Source: Hormiphora californensis
Taxonomy: Eukaryota; Animalia; Ctenophora
NCBI GenBank assembly: GCA_020137815.1
Contig: CM035358.1
Coordinates: 930,001-994,000, forward strand
Direction of reading: 5' to 3'
Length of the DNA: 64,000 nt
Shown piece by piece: positions 63,457 through 64,000 of this stretch. Both the position numbers and the translations under genes were made by a program. Each line of letters starts with the position of its first letter. Within the stretch, counting starts at the first letter, position 1. The notes beneath the pieces are model-generated. The model did not search any database. It saw nothing but the letters and a program-made list of their open reading frames with translations, and was not told where the DNA came from.

Positions 63457-63561
63457 GTTAGTAAAGTTGATAACTTTAATTAACATTCAACTAAATAAAA
63501 TGGTTCTTTTCTTTTATGGTGAACCATAATTGGTTTGCTATACAACTGAAAATGTCCCATT

Positions 63562-63775
63562 TGTCCCCCAAGTCCCATTTTTCTCCTTTGTCCTCCAAGT
63601 CCCACTCTCCCCTCTTGTCTCCTTTCTCGCCCAAGTCCCACTCTCTCCTCTTGTCTCCTTTCTCGCCCAAGTCCCACTCTCCCCTCTTGTCTCCTTTCTC
63701 CCCCAAGTCCCACTCTCCCCTCTTGTCTCCTTTCTCCCCCAAGTCCCACTCTCTCCTCTTGTCTCCTTTGTCCCC
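63562..63775. repeat. 36-bp pyrimidine-rich tandem repeat in an ABL intron, ~5-6 copies
   Basis: Unit CCCAAGTCCCACTCTCCCCTCTTGTCTCCTTTCTCS. Confidence 0.9.
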
Positions 63776-64000
63776 TATATTGTCCCCATTCTCTGTGTCA
63801 CGTTAGGTCTACCTGAGTTGCTGCACTGCTATACCGGTATGCAAATGAGAGATTATAAAACCTGATCGCTATTCAGCTCCTTCACATATCACTGTGGTGA
63901 TCCGTCATCGGTCACTCAATTCAGTTCAACCTGAATTTAATTTAATTTAATTGAGTGACTATGATATATGGAACACCACGGTTATAATTATTGCATATTC

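Noticed and set aside
63562-63775. 36-bp ABL intron repeat as another donor-seeded array
   Set aside because: It starts ~105 bp after the donor at 63457 and shares no sequence with the exon end.

Overview
Eukaryotic, intron-rich animal DNA, probably a ctenophore of the Pleurobrachia/Hormiphora type. That assignment is an inference from a recurrent ~110-bp MITE and a ctenophore-like extracellular domain. Bases 1-10 kb hold microsatellites, two minisatellites and weak exon candidates of an unidentified minus-strand gene. Bases 10.5-17.5 kb hold a decayed non-LTR retrotransposon with a second, apparently full-length one nested in it (9-bp TSD). Bases 18-64 kb hold eight consecutive plus-strand genes: MED25, HSD17B10, FANCA-like, SmF/SNRPF, a 2-Cys peroxiredoxin, AMFR/gp78, PIN1 and an ABL-like kinase. 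A small secreted-protein gene is nested antisense in a FANCA intron. The most striking pattern is that unrelated tandem-repeat arrays (units 27, 31, 32, 39 and 43 bp, up to ~220 copies or 7 kb) each consist of the host gene's own exon end plus 5' splice donor, amplified into the intron. Smaller donor and acceptor duplications occur as well. PIN1 intron 1 carries nested DNA transposons, including a chain of palindromic elements joined at TTAA. All gene identities come from motif recognition by eye, not database searches.
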